DNA of 64,000 nt, taken from positions 33,180 through 97,179 of the forward strand of contig CAYOPI010000003.1 of assembly GCA_964405825.1 (NCBI GenBank), in the 5' to 3' direction. Positions within the stretch are counted from its first letter, which is position 1; each line of letters opens with the position of its first letter. Below are positions 33,518 through 43,329 of this stretch, piece by piece. The notes below the pieces were generated by a model that did no database searches, was not told where the DNA came from, and saw only the letters and a list, made by a program, of their open reading frames with translations. This DNA comes from an uncultured Opitutales bacterium (GTDB lineage: Bacteria; Verrucomicrobiota; Verrucomicrobiia; Opitutales; JBHJGM01). The translations under genes were made by a program, and so were the position numbers.

Positions 33518-34884
33518 GCAAAGTGACCGATCCGCTGCCCATCGTTCCCTTTGGCGGGCCGTTGCAAGGTCCACGCGTGCGCCTGCCCGGGTCCAAGAGC
33601 CTGACCAACCGGGCGCTCATCCTCGCCGCCTTGAGCCGGCAGCAGGTCAAGCTGGAGGGCGCGCTGTTCTCGCGCGATTCACGGGTGATGGCCGACTGCC
33701 TGCAGCAGCTTGGCTTTGCGGTGGAGCTGGACGAAGCCGCCCGCGTCTTTCGCGTTCAGGGTACCGGCGGACGCATCGAGGCGGCGGAGGCTTCGCTGCA
33801 CTTTGGCAACTCCGGCACGTCGGCTCGATTCGTCACCGCGCTGGCCGCCCTGCGTGAGGGCGGGCGCTATGCGATCGACGGCGACCCGGCCATGCGCAAA
33901 CGCCCGATGGAAGGCCTGTTGCGCGTGCTCGAGGCGCAGGGCACCCGTTTCGAATGGCAAGGCGCACCATGGCACATGCCACTGGTCATGCACACGAACG
34001 GGCTGCCCGGCGGTGCGCTCAGCATCGACGCTCAAGCCAGCAGCCAACTGCTTTCGGCGCTGCTGATGGTCGCGCCGTTTAGCAAAGAGCCTGCGCGTAT
34101 ACAGCAGGTCGGCGAGACCGTCTCGAAGCCTTTCGTACGGATGACGTCCAAGCTGATGGGGCGTATCGGCGCTGTGGATACAAATTCGCAAGATGACGGA
34201 GTCTATGCGCCGCAAGCGCCGCACGGCTATCGGTTTGGCAATGGCTGCTACCTCGTCGAGCCTGACGCGAGCGCGGCCAGTTACTTTGTTGCGTTGCCGC
34301 TTGTTGTGGGTGGCCAGCTGAAGATCGAGCCATGGTCCGAGGCGATGTTGCAGGGCGACGCTGCGTTTGCCCGACGGCTCGATGAACGCGGGCTCGTTCG
34401 CGTTGACGCCACCACGGAGCGCGAGGTCCTGAGCGTTGAGGCAGGCGAGGTGACGCCAGAGGGGTTCGCCGACGACTTCAACGCGATTTCCGATACCTTT
34501 CTGACCCTCGCTGCGGTTACCCCGCTGCTGGAGGGGACCACACGCATTGAAGGCATCGGGCACACACGCCACCAGGAGACCGACCGTATCGCGGCCATGG
34601 CGAACGAGCTGGAGCGTCTCGGGCAGTCGGTTGCGCAGGGCGAGGACTTTCTGGAAGTCACCCCGAACCTCGCGGCGATGAAAACTGCCAGCGAATCGGC
34701 GCCGGTGCCGGTTGAGACCTATGAGGACCACCGCGTGGCGATGAGCTTTGGCGTGCTGGGCTGCCTTGATTTGCACGGCGATGGCCGCCCCTGGCTGGCC
34801 ATTCGCGACCCCGGATGCTGCGCCAAAACCTTTCCGGACTTTTTCGAGAAGCTCGAGGCGCTGAGGATGAACCACGATGCCTGA
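33514..34884 (+). CDS. aroA: 3-phosphoshikimate 1-carboxyvinyltransferase (EPSP synthase)
   Basis: Motifs LPGSKSLTNRALILAAL, GNSGTSARF, AMRKRPM and DHRVAMSF. The start overlaps the tyrA stop (TTGA). An alternative GTG start lies 9 nt downstream. Confidence 0.92.
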   Translation: MSKVTDPLPIVPFGGPLQGPRVRLPGSKSLTNRALILAALSRQQVKLEGALFSRDSRVMADCLQQLGFAVELDEAARVFRVQGTGGRIEAAEASLHFGNSGTSARFVTALAALREGGRYAIDGDPAMRKRPMEGLLRVLEAQGTRFEWQGAPWHMPLVMHTNGLPGGALSIDAQASSQLLSALLMVAPFSKEPARIQQVGETVSKPFVRMTSKLMGRIGAVDTNSQDDGVYAPQAPHGYRFGNGCYLVEPDASAASYFVALPLVVGGQLKIEPWSEAMLQGDAAFARRLDERGLVRVDATTEREVLSVEAGEVTPEGFADDFNAISDTFLTLAAVTPLLEGTTRIEGIGHTRHQETDRIAAMANELERLGQSVAQGEDFLEVTPNLAAMKTASESAPVPVETYEDHRVAMSFGVLGCLDLHGDGRPWLAIRDPGCCAKTFPDFFEKLEALRMNHDA

Positions 34885-35611
34885 TCCGTATCCAGAAACT
34901 GGGGACAGCTTTGTCGTAATCGCGATCGACGGCGGGGCGGCTTCAGGTAAGTCAACGACCGCGCGGGGTCTCTCCGACGCGCTCAACCTGCTGCACGTGG
35001 ACACCGGCTCGCACTACCGCGCGGTGACGGCGGCGCTGCTCGCTCGGGGCGTGTCCCTGGAGTCATTGGAGGCGGTGGAGCAGGCCTTGAGCGAACTCGA
35101 ACTGAGCACGCAAGTCGACGGGCGACAGGCGCGCATCCAGTTGGGCGGCAGGAGTTTCGAGATGGCGGAACTGCGTTCGGACGCGGTCAACGCGAGCGTC
35201 TCGGCGGTGGCGGCGCAGCCGGCGGTGCGCGCGTTTTTGAAGGCCTATCAGCGCAGCCAGCTGGACGTTGCCCGCACCCAGGGTCTTGGCGGCGTGGTGA
35301 TGGAGGGGCGCGACATTGGCTCGGTGATTCTGCCGGATACACCGCATCGGTTTTTTCTGGAGGCCGACGCGGCCACGCGGCAGGCGCGGCGCACACGCGA
35401 AGGCCAACAGGACGCGATTGCGCAGCGCGATGCCGCCGATTCCAGACGCGCGAGCGCTCCCCTCACCTGCCCCGAAGGCGCGGTCCGCATCAACACCGGG
35501 CAGGCCTCGCCCGAGGCGGTCGTTCGACAGATCCTCGAGCGCGTTTCGTCGTCAACCGACAAGGCGTCACCGGCTCAGAAATCGGGGTGTCCTCCGAGCG
35601 CGGCAAACTGA
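34877..35611 (+). CDS. cmk: (d)CMP kinase
   Basis: Motif VIAIDGGAASGKSTTARGLSDALNLLHVDTGSHYRA, then MEGRDIGSV..PD. It overlaps the aroA stop by 8 nt. Confidence 0.88.
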   Translation: MPDPYPETGDSFVVIAIDGGAASGKSTTARGLSDALNLLHVDTGSHYRAVTAALLARGVSLESLEAVEQALSELELSTQVDGRQARIQLGGRSFEMAELRSDAVNASVSAVAAQPAVRAFLKAYQRSQLDVARTQGLGGVVMEGRDIGSVILPDTPHRFFLEADAATRQARRTREGQQDAIAQRDAADSRRASAPLTCPEGAVRINTGQASPEAVVRQILERVSSSTDKASPAQKSGCPPSAAN

Positions 35612-36744
35612 TCGCGCGCGATGTCGCGGGCGTATTGCGGATTGGGATCGACGAGGGTGAAGTGGCCCATCTTGCGCCCGATGCGCGGCTCGCCCTTGTC
35701 GTAGAGGTGCAGGTGGCAGCCCGGCACGGCGAGCAGGCGCGTGAAGTCGGGCGGATCGGTGGGTGAGGGCCAGATGTCGCCCAGCAGGTTGACCATCACG
35801 GCGGGCGCGCGCTGCGTGGGCGGGACGAGAGGCCAGTCGCAGACGGCGCGGCAATGCAGTTCGAACTGCGAATGCGCGCAGGCGTCGATCGTGTAATGGC
35901 CGCTGTTGTGGGGGCGCGGCGCGATCTCGTTGACCAGCAGCTCGCCCGCTTCGGTTTCGAAAAACTCCACCGCGAGCAGGCCAACGTAGTCAAGGGCCTC
36001 GGCGATACCCACGACGATTCGCTGGGCCTCGTCGAAGAGTTCCGGCGCGGCCTGCGCGGGAGCGAGGGTGGCCTGCAGGATGTGGTCGCGATGGACGTTC
36101 TCGACCAGCGGGAAGACCTGGGTCTGGCCCTGCGGACGGCGGGCGCAGAGAATGGAGAGTTCCCGCCGGAAGCGTATCCATTTTTCCAGGACGCAGGAGC
36201 CACCCTCGAAGAGGATCTCAGCGCCGGCGAAGTCGCCGGTCGAGGCGAGTCTGCGCTGGCCTTTGCCGTCGTAGCCGCTTTCGGCCTGCTTGAGGACGCA
36301 CGGCAGGCCCACCGAGGCGACGGCCGCAGGGAGATCTTTTTTACGGTGGACGATGGCGAAGGGCGCGCAGGGAAGGCCCTGCTCACGCAGAAAGGTCTTC
36401 TCGAGGACGCGGTGCTGGCAGACCTCCAGAGCGTGGGTGCCGGGGCGCACCGGCAGGCGATGGGCAAGCACGCTCGAGGCCATCGTGGGGACGTTCTCAA
36501 ACTCCAGGGTGACCCAGTGCAGGCCGTCGGCAAAGTTTTTCAGGGCGGCGTGGTCGTCATAGGAATACGGATACAGCGCATCGGCGACCGGTCCGGCGCA
36601 GCAGTGGGGATCGGGATCGAAGACGTGGAAGCGCAGCCCCAACTGACGCCCGGCCAGGATCATCATCCGGCCCAGCTGGCCGCCGCCGAGGATTCCCAGG
36701 GACGGGCCGGGCAGCGGTGAATCGAGTCCCTCGGGCGGGCTCAT
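35575..36744 (-). CDS. purK: 5-(carboxyamino)imidazole ribonucleotide synthase (N5-CAIR synthetase)
   Basis: [12 protein letters not shown], an ATP-grasp core (..[14 protein letters not shown].., E.....RELS.L..R) and [13 protein letters not shown]. It overlaps purE by 4 nt. Confidence 0.9.
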   Translation of the reverse strand: MSPPEGLDSPLPGPSLGILGGGQLGRMMILAGRQLGLRFHVFDPDPHCCAGPVADALYPYSYDDHAALKNFADGLHWVTLEFENVPTMASSVLAHRLPVRPGTHALEVCQHRVLEKTFLREQGLPCAPFAIVHRKKDLPAAVASVGLPCVLKQAESGYDGKGQRRLASTGDFAGAEILFEGGSCVLEKWIRFRRELSILCARRPQGQTQVFPLVENVHRDHILQATLAPAQAAPELFDEAQRIVVGIAEALDYVGLLAVEFFETEAGELLVNEIAPRPHNSGHYTIDACAHSQFELHCRAVCDWPLVPPTQRAPAVMVNLLGDIWPSPTDPPDFTRLLAVPGCHLHLYDKGEPRIGRKMGHFTLVDPNPQYARDIARDQFAALGGHPDF

Positions 36745-37265
36745 TGCAGCGGAAGCGTGTCCTGGCCGACGGCTTCGGTCTGAGCCTTGCGCCAGGCCAG
36801 CAGTCGCGAGCGCAGGTCGGCGTCGTGGAGCGCGAGAATGGCGGCGGCGCAGAGGGCGGCGTTGATGGCACCGGCCTTGCCGATGGCGAGGGTGGGCACG
36901 GGAACGCCCGCCGGCATCTGCACAATCGACAGCAGCGAGTCGACCCCGCGCAGGACCCGGCTTTCGACCGGCACGCCCAGCACGGGCAGGTGCGTTTGAG
37001 CGGCCACCATTCCCGGCAGGTGCGCGGCCCCGCCAGCGCCGGCGATGATGACGGCCAGCCCCCGAGCTTCGGCTTCCCGGGCGTACTGTCGCATTTTCTC
37101 AGGCGTGCGGTGGGCGCTGACGATGGCGCACTCGTGTTCGAGTTCCAGCTGCCGAAGCGTCGCGGCGGCGTGTTGCAGCGTTTCCCAGTCGGACTTGCTG
37201 CCCATGATCACGCCCACGCGCGGGCGTTTGCCCTCGGGCGCGCCCTGTGGCTTTTTCTCCCCCAT
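36741..37265 (-). CDS. purE: N5-CAIR mutase
   Basis: Motifs [42 protein letters not shown] and [16 protein letters not shown]. Confidence 0.93.
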   Translation of the reverse strand: MGEKKPQGAPEGKRPRVGVIMGSKSDWETLQHAAATLRQLELEHECAIVSAHRTPEKMRQYAREAEARGLAVIIAGAGGAAHLPGMVAAQTHLPVLGVPVESRVLRGVDSLLSIVQMPAGVPVPTLAIGKAGAINAALCAAAILALHDADLRSRLLAWRKAQTEAVGQDTLPLQ

Positions 37266-37328
37266 GTGCTTGGCGATTAACGCAGCGAGTCGGCCTTGGC
37301 AAGGCCGCGCAACGGTGACGGCGCAGCG

Positions 37329-38114
37329 ATGAGAGTGATTCCGGAGCAGTCCGGTTCCTTCGTGGTCGGGGTGGATGGATGCCGCGGCGGTTGGGTGGCG
37401 GTGTGGCTGACCGGGAAAGCGCCGCGGAAAACCGGGGCGGCGGTGTACTCAACTTTCGCCGAACTCTGGAGCGCCCTGGGTCACGCCGGGCGCATCCTCG
37501 TTGACATGCCGATCGGGCTGCCCGGCAAAGGGGCGCGCCGTTGCGACCTGGAAGCGCGCCGCGTTCTGGGTCCACGTCTGGGCAGCCGCGTGTTTCCCTG
37601 TCCGGGCCGGGCGGCGCTTTCGGCGGGCGACTACGCCGAGGCCTGCCAGAACAACCAGCGTCAACTGGGCCGCAAGCTAAGCAAGCAAAGCTACTTTCTG
37701 CTGCCGAAGATTCGCGAGTGCGACACGCTGCTCCAGAGCAATCCAACCGCGCGGGCGAAGATCTTCGAGGCGCATCCGGAGGCGTGCTTCGCCGGGCTCG
37801 CGGGCGGCTCTGGCTTGCGCGCTTCAAAGAAGACCGCGGAAGGCCAGGCGCAGCGGGTGGGTCTCCTGAAGGATTGTCAACGTGGTCTGGGGCCGTGCAT
37901 TCAGGGTATTCTGGAGCAGACCCGGCGGGTTGAGCTGCTTCCCGACGACGCCCTCGATGCGGCGGTGCTGGCCTACGCGGCCTCCGTGGCCAAGCGTTGG
38001 CGCGTTCTGCCGGAAGAGGGTCCGCCGGAGTTCGACGAGACAGGTCTGCCAATGCGGATCGTCGGGCTCAAGCCACCACGGCGACCTGGTCTCGCTAAGC
38101 ACTCGGGGGCGTGA
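37329..38114 (+). CDS. DUF429 domain protein (predicted RNase-H-fold nuclease)
   Basis: Pattern [14 protein letters not shown] ... VDMPIGL ... R.CD.EAR..LG.R.S.VF..P, as I recall for DUF429. Start taken at the internal ATG at 37329. Confidence 0.55.
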   Translation: MRVIPEQSGSFVVGVDGCRGGWVAVWLTGKAPRKTGAAVYSTFAELWSALGHAGRILVDMPIGLPGKGARRCDLEARRVLGPRLGSRVFPCPGRAALSAGDYAEACQNNQRQLGRKLSKQSYFLLPKIRECDTLLQSNPTARAKIFEAHPEACFAGLAGGSGLRASKKTAEGQAQRVGLLKDCQRGLGPCIQGILEQTRRVELLPDDALDAAVLAYAASVAKRWRVLPEEGPPEFDETGLPMRIVGLKPPRRPGLAKHSGA

Positions 38115-39099
38115 CCGCGTGCGTCGACCAGTCCGCGAGCAGCGCCTGGATGACGGCGTTGACGGCGTGGTAACCGTTTTCCAGGCAGGGGCCCAGGCTT
38201 GGAAAATCCGGTTCACCGACGGTGCCTTCGGGGCCGCAGAGGCTGGTCAGGATGTCAACGCCGGGTGCCGGGAGAGTGAAATTGCTCGCGCAGCGCAGGG
38301 AGAGGAAGCGCTCGGGATCGGCCCGGCCGGCGGTGCCCAGGTCCCGGACCACGCGCAGCGCGGGAAAGTCCTCCATGGCCGAGGTGGCAAACTTGCTCTG
38401 GCCCTGCGAAAAATGCGCGCACCAGTCCTCGGCCCACTGGTTGAGGACGGGCCCGTGCCAGTAGCGGCTGGCCGAAAGGTTGGTGCCAACGGCGATCGCG
38501 GGCGGCTGCAGCGCGATGGGAAAGTTGCTGAAACGCTGTCGGAAAGCCTGCAGGTCGGCCGGGTCGTCGATGGGCACGTCCCTGCTGACGGAGACGGCCC
38601 AGCGCAGGAGCGAGGCGGGCGTTTCGAAGGCGTATTCGCGGAAGCCGGCGGCCGGCGGTGCGACGGACATCGACGCATTGACGGGCCCCCGCCGACCCAT
38701 CGGGAAGGTGCCGTAGGGCCAGCCTTCGGGCGTCTCGCTGGAGTCGATTTCGTAGCAGATTTCGCCGTCGACGAGCCAGTCGTGCCAGACGGCGCTGCCG
38801 AGGCTGACGACGTTGGGATTGGCCCCGGCGATGCCACTGAGGATCCAGTAGGCCCTGGAGAGATCGTAGTGCCCGCACCATCCCAGGGCGCTGACGCTGT
38901 GGCCAGTGGCCAGGCCGCTGGGTCCGGTAATGATGCCAATGATGCCGTCGTCATTTTCGTAGACCGGGCAAGGCAGCCTGGGGGCGTCGGTGGCGGGGCG
39001 GAAGCCGAGACGATCGCGGTAATGCGTGAACTCGCCGGGCAAACCGCCGCCGGGATCGTAGTAGGTGACGATGACGATGCGGACGGGCTTCGGGCTCAT
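38095..39099 (-). CDS. Purine nucleoside permease (NUP, PF06516-like) family protein
   Basis: Pattern RIVIVTYYDP..G.PGE ... ITGPSGLATGHSVSALG....YDLSRAYWILSGIAGANPNVVSLGSAVW.DWLVDGEI.YEID..E.PEGWPYG.F, matching my recollection of bacterial NUP proteins. Its ATG overlaps the stop of the upstream glycosyltransferase (ATGA at 39096-39099). Confidence 0.55.
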   Translation of the reverse strand: MSPKPVRIVIVTYYDPGGGLPGEFTHYRDRLGFRPATDAPRLPCPVYENDDGIIGIITGPSGLATGHSVSALGWCGHYDLSRAYWILSGIAGANPNVVSLGSAVWHDWLVDGEICYEIDSSETPEGWPYGTFPMGRRGPVNASMSVAPPAAGFREYAFETPASLLRWAVSVSRDVPIDDPADLQAFRQRFSNFPIALQPPAIAVGTNLSASRYWHGPVLNQWAEDWCAHFSQGQSKFATSAMEDFPALRVVRDLGTAGRADPERFLSLRCASNFTLPAPGVDILTSLCGPEGTVGEPDFPSLGPCLENGYHAVNAVIQALLADWSTHAVTPPSA

Positions 39100-40358
39100 G
39101 GGTCCGGATGCTGAGCAGTTTCCATTCCCTCAAGGCGGGCTTCGATTCGGTAGAGGTGCTGCCGCAAACCGGAAAGAGTGAAGGTGGCGTCCAGGGTCGA
39201 CTGCCGCGACCAGCGCTCGACCAGACCCGGGTCATGGAGGCAGCGCCGGATGGCCGCAACGATCGCGTCCGCAGCGGGCGGGTCGATGAGGTCGCCGTTG
39301 ACGCCGGGTTGGACAACCTCGCCGCAAGACCGACTCGCAAGCACGGGCAACTGCTCGATCTGCGCTTCCAACTGGGCCGTGCCAAAGGCCTCCGAGATCG
39401 GCGGGAACAGAAGCAGGTCGGCATCGCGAAAGGCCTGGGTGCGTTCGTCCTCGATGAGGTTTCCGCGCCAGCGAACGTTGGGCAGTTCCTGCCATGGCGG
39501 GGGGACAATCTCCGGGATGGTGTCGGCGATCTCAAAGCGGACGGGTTCGGCCATGAGGGCGCGGGCGGCTTCCAGAATGGCGCGCAGGCCCAGGCGGAGC
39601 GTGGCAGGTCCGGGGACCAGGATCTGCAGCGGACGTTCCTTGGTGAAGGCCGTCGGGTAGGCCCGCAGATTGTCGCGCGGATGGGTGTCGCCCTCGTGGA
39701 TCGCCGGCAGGGGCAGGATTCGCGCCGCCGGCACGCCCTCGGCCGCGACGGCTTGGGCCACCCAGTCCGACGGCACCGCGACGCAATCGGCCAGCTGCAG
39801 TTCGGTACGCCAAAGCGACCAGTACTCCTCAGGGGCCGGTTCGGCATCGGGTTGCCAGGGGGGATCGCGGTCGGCCTCTTTGCGAAGGCGCTGCTCCTCC
39901 ACCATTGCGGCGTCGGCCTGATACAAGACGCAGTACCAGCCGAGCTTCTTGAAGAAGGTAAAAAGGCGCGCGGCGGCGTAGCTGTAGGCGAGGAAGATGC
40001 CGGGGGCCTTGGCGCGCAGGTCGTCGGCCAGGGGCCCGATCTGCCTGAGCATCTGGCGCTGAAAGTAGGCGTTGCGCTGGAGGATGGCGGTCCAGTGGCT
40101 CCACTTGCGGGCGCGGGCGGTCAGTTCGAAGCGCGCCTGGCCCAGCCCGAGGTGCAACACGGTGCGGCCCTCCAGTTCGGGATGAAACCGACGCCGGGCC
40201 TTACTGACGGATGCCGGCAGAGCCGGCTGAAACCACCGCGGATAGTCATTCCAGAAGTCCGTCATGAGGAAGGCGAGCGCGCCGTCGGAGGCCAGGGCAC
40301 GCGGGATGCGGTAGGCGTCGCGGCTGTCGATCTGCGCGCAAGCCCAGATGGCCTTCAT
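39096..40358 (-). CDS. Glycosyltransferase (GT-B fold, GT4-like)
   Basis: Real start at the ATG at 40358 (MKAIWACAQIDSRDAYRIPRALA), in an ATGA overlap with the upstream gene. The C-terminal half carries the GT-B signature ..LLLFPPISEAFG.AQLEA......V.AS..G.E.V..G.NG.L. It is a paralogue of the next gene. Confidence 0.65.
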   Translation of the reverse strand: MKAIWACAQIDSRDAYRIPRALASDGALAFLMTDFWNDYPRWFQPALPASVSKARRRFHPELEGRTVLHLGLGQARFELTARARKWSHWTAILQRNAYFQRQMLRQIGPLADDLRAKAPGIFLAYSYAAARLFTFFKKLGWYCVLYQADAAMVEEQRLRKEADRDPPWQPDAEPAPEEYWSLWRTELQLADCVAVPSDWVAQAVAAEGVPAARILPLPAIHEGDTHPRDNLRAYPTAFTKERPLQILVPGPATLRLGLRAILEAARALMAEPVRFEIADTIPEIVPPPWQELPNVRWRGNLIEDERTQAFRDADLLLFPPISEAFGTAQLEAQIEQLPVLASRSCGEVVQPGVNGDLIDPPAADAIVAAIRRCLHDPGLVERWSRQSTLDATFTLSGLRQHLYRIEARLEGMETAQHPDP

Positions 40359-41587
40359 GACGGGACGGGGGTCGGGGCCGGGCTGTTTGACGGGGGTCTG
40401 GGACAGGCCTCGCGGATGCCCTGGCGAAAGGCTTCCCAGGAGGATTTTTCGGCAAAGGCGCGGATGGCCACCGGGTCGATCTGGCCAGCCTCGAATCGCT
40501 CGCGGGCCTCGCTGAGGGCACCGCCCAGCCGGGCGAGGTCGCCGGGCTGAAGGACTTCGCCGATGCCGGCAGGGGGCTTCAAGTCCGCCAGACCGGTGTG
40601 TTCGGTGCCGATGGTGTAGCAACCCATGCCGAGGGCTTCGAGCAGGACAAAGCCGAAGCCTTCGATCAGCGAGGGCAGGACGAAAACCTGGCAGCGGTTG
40701 AAGAGCGCCTGCAACTCGGGCAGGGGCAGCTTGCTGTGCAGCACGACGTTGTCGGAGGCCAGGGCGCGGATGCCGGGGTCGATGCGGTAGGTGACCAGGT
40801 GCAGCTCGCTGCGCGGCATCGCGAGATCTTTCCAGACGCGCAGCAAATGGTGCAGGCCCTTGCGCTGAATTCCCTGCCCCACGAAGAGGAAGCGGCAGAC
40901 GTCTTTCTGCCTGGCCTCGGGCTGAAAGGGCAGGCTGGCGAAGTCATAGCCGTAGGGCACGACCTTGAGGCGATCCTCGGGCACGCCGTAAGACGCGACC
41001 GAGCGTTGGGTGAACGCGCTGGCACAAATGATGAAGTCGGCAAGCTGGCAGGCCTGACGCGTTTCTTCCGAGCGCCCGTCGTCGCCGCCGGTTTCCTCCT
41101 CCCGGGCAAAGGACTCGGCCACTTCGGGAAAACGCGCGAAGTCCTCCTCAAGGATCTGTCGCACGAGCGGGCCCAGCGGATGCACCATGAAGAGGCCCTT
41201 GCTGAGGCCGGCGGCGTCGGGATGCGCGAAGGCGGGCATCGCGTAGTAGCTGTAGAGGAGAAGTCCGGCCTGTTTCTGCCGGGCGGTCTCCAGAGCCCGC
41301 CAGGAGAGGCGCTCGTCGACCGCGCGGAAGGTGGCGGCGTCGGCGCGCTTGCCCACGAGGCGTTTCCACTGGCGCAGGAACGAGGCGGGATCGCCCCGTG
41401 CGTGCGCCGAAGCAATCCCCGGGCAATGCCTTGAGCCGGCTTTCGCTCCCAGGGGACCGGGCAGGCGCGCCAGCCAGTCCGGAGCGTAGAAATCGGTGAC
41501 GAGCGCGGCCAGTTCGTCGGCTTCGGCCAGGGCCCAGGGCACCTGGTAGAAGTCCCGGCTGCCGTTGAATGCAACAACGTAGGCCAT
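40355..41587 (-). CDS. Glycosyltransferase (GT-B fold, GT4-like)
   Basis: Motifs FLFVGQG..RKG.HHLL..W and VFVLPSLIEGFGFVLLEALGMGCYTIGT.HTG (the E-x7-E region). Confidence 0.75.
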   Translation of the reverse strand: MAYVVAFNGSRDFYQVPWALAEADELAALVTDFYAPDWLARLPGPLGAKAGSRHCPGIASAHARGDPASFLRQWKRLVGKRADAATFRAVDERLSWRALETARQKQAGLLLYSYYAMPAFAHPDAAGLSKGLFMVHPLGPLVRQILEEDFARFPEVAESFAREEETGGDDGRSEETRQACQLADFIICASAFTQRSVASYGVPEDRLKVVPYGYDFASLPFQPEARQKDVCRFLFVGQGIQRKGLHHLLRVWKDLAMPRSELHLVTYRIDPGIRALASDNVVLHSKLPLPELQALFNRCQVFVLPSLIEGFGFVLLEALGMGCYTIGTEHTGLADLKPPAGIGEVLQPGDLARLGGALSEARERFEAGQIDPVAIRAFAEKSSWEAFRQGIREACPRPPSNSPAPTPVPS

Positions 41588-41593
41588 GCGGCG

Positions 41594-42211
41594 TCAGGAG
41601 GTGGCTTTGGTTTGAGGCCAGCGGGGCCGAACCGGTTTGCAGGGGTTGCCCGCGCAGACCATCCCCGACGGCAAAAAGTCGACCACCACGGAGCCGGCGG
41701 TGGCGACGGTTTCGGCACCGAGCCCGGCACCGGGACCGACAAAGACCATCGCCCCGACCCAGGCTCCCGGACCGATGTCGATGGGCCGGTTGCGATAAGG
41801 AAAGTCGGGCTTGCGGTAGTCGTGGTTGCCGGTGCAGAGGAAGGCGCGCTGGGAGATGCAGGCGTGGCTGCCAACGGTGACCGGCTCGAAGTTCAGAATG
41901 AAGGCCTCCTCTCCAATCCAGACGTGGTCGCCCAGTTGCAGGCGCCAGGGCAGGTGAATGTTCACGCGGGGCTTGATCACCACGCCCTGTCCCACCTTGG
42001 CCCCGAAGGCCTTCAAAAGGGCTCGCTTGAACGCGCCGGGCCAGGGCAGCGCACTGAGAAAAAAGGTGCACTTGGTCAGGTACCACAGCAGCTCGAACCA
42101 CCGCGGGCACCCGCGGTCGAGGCCCCTGGAAGCGTCGAAGGTGTCCAGGCGCATGCGCGTGGACGACGGCGGTGTCGGGGCCGATTCGGCGGGCTCAGTC
42201 ACAGTGGGCAT
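41594..42211 (-). CDS. WcaF-like hexapeptide-repeat O-acetyltransferase
   Basis: From the ATG at 42211. It shows the colanic-acid WcaF-type pattern W...W......S..P....R..LLKAFGAKVG.GVVIKP.V.I..PW.L..GD..WIGE...I.N...V.VGS..CISQ...LCTG.HDY, followed by left-handed beta-helix repeats. Confidence 0.75.
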   Translation of the reverse strand: MPTVTEPAESAPTPPSSTRMRLDTFDASRGLDRGCPRWFELLWYLTKCTFFLSALPWPGAFKRALLKAFGAKVGQGVVIKPRVNIHLPWRLQLGDHVWIGEEAFILNFEPVTVGSHACISQRAFLCTGNHDYRKPDFPYRNRPIDIGPGAWVGAMVFVGPGAGLGAETVATAGSVVVDFLPSGMVCAGNPCKPVRPRWPQTKATS

Positions 42212-43319
42212 CACAAGCCTCCAAAAGCGTTCGAGCCACAGCCTGCCACGTGTAGCATTCGCGGACAAGCCTCTGGCCAGCCTGGCCGCGCTGGCGGCGT
42301 TCGTCGTCGGTGGCGGCAAGGGCCTGGTCCAGGGCGGCACCAATGGAGTCGACCTCGGCCTCGCAAAGCCAGCCCCCGCCGTCGCGGGCGAGTTCCGGGA
42401 AGTTGCAGGCATGCGAGGCAAGCACGGGCACACCGCAGGCCATCGACTCCAGAATGGCAACCGAGAAGCCCTCCGAGTGCGAAGTCAGGGCGAAGACATC
42501 AGCGCTCTTGAGCAGGGCAACCTTGGCCTCGCCGGTGACGGTGCCGGGAAAGCGGACGACATCTGCCAGGTCCAGCTCGCGGACGATCGCTTCGAGTTCG
42601 GCGAGGTGACCACCCTCGTCCGGCCCGGCCACAACGATCTCCCAGTCGGCCTTGAAGGCCTCGCATTGAGCGGCCGCGCGCAGGAGCAGGTCCACGCCCT
42701 TCTTGGGATGCAACCGGCCCAGAAAGAGGATGCGGCGGCGCTCCCTGGGCGCAGGGGTGACGGCTGGATCCTCGAAGGGCGCCAGGTCGATCCCGTTGGG
42801 CGCAACCACGACTTCGCCACCGATGCCGAGCGTGCGAATCTGGTCGGCTTCCTTGGCCGTCAGCGCCCGCCAGAGTCGCGCGTGGCGGAAGTTCGCGTCC
42901 TCAAAGAGCCAGTGGACGAGGCGCTTCTTCCAGCGCGAGCGATTGAGGATCCAGGGCTCGAACATGCCGTGGGGATGACAGACCAGGGCTCGCTTGAGCC
43001 GGCGCGTCCAGGCGCCCAGCACCTTGTTCGGATAGACGTAGAAGCCGTGTGCGTGGACCACGCCGCGGGCCTCGACCAGTCCGCGTGCCTCGCGTCGCAG
43101 GTCCGGCGCGAAGAACAGCGGTGTCGGCCCCTGGCGCGTGAACAGGCGCGCGTGGGTGACCTCCGGAGGCGGTTCGCGCGCGTCGGTGGACACCAGCAGC
43201 GAATCCCGGCCCGCCGCGTTGAAGGCCTCGTTGAGGGCCAGCGCCGCGCGACCCAGGCCACCGCCCTCCAGCGGTTCGGTGGACTGAACGAAGTGCAGGT
43301 GAGCGTCGGGCGTGGGCAT
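42195..43319 (-). CDS. Glycosyltransferase family 4
   Basis: From the ATG at 43319 (MPTPDAHLHFVQSTEPLEGGGLGRAAL). Motifs ILFLGRLHPKKGVDLLL and VFALTSHSEGFSVAILESMACGVPVLAS. Confidence 0.8.
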   Translation of the reverse strand: MPTPDAHLHFVQSTEPLEGGGLGRAALALNEAFNAAGRDSLLVSTDAREPPPEVTHARLFTRQGPTPLFFAPDLRREARGLVEARGVVHAHGFYVYPNKVLGAWTRRLKRALVCHPHGMFEPWILNRSRWKKRLVHWLFEDANFRHARLWRALTAKEADQIRTLGIGGEVVVAPNGIDLAPFEDPAVTPAPRERRRILFLGRLHPKKGVDLLLRAAAQCEAFKADWEIVVAGPDEGGHLAELEAIVRELDLADVVRFPGTVTGEAKVALLKSADVFALTSHSEGFSVAILESMACGVPVLASHACNFPELARDGGGWLCEAEVDSIGAALDQALAATDDERRQRGQAGQRLVRECYTWQAVARTLLEACDAHCD

Positions 43320-43329
43320 GGGGCGAGGT

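Noticed and set aside
30734-33574. 946-aa minus-strand ORF suggesting a giant protein spanning the FGE-domain gene and the tyrA region.
   Set aside because: The upstream 340 codons run antisense through tyrA, which has clear Rossmann and prephenate dehydrogenase motifs, and are Arg/Pro/Gly-rich. A sensible start (MPFEEE..., followed by a TM helix) exists at 32542.
35575-35611. 37-nt convergent overlap of the 3' ends of cmk and purK, and a 20-nt overlap of DUF429 and the NUP gene at 38095-38114.
   Set aside because: Convergent 3' overlaps are common in compact high-GC genomes. They probably reflect relaxed C-terminal tails rather than a regulatory antisense mechanism, and nothing else about them is unusual.
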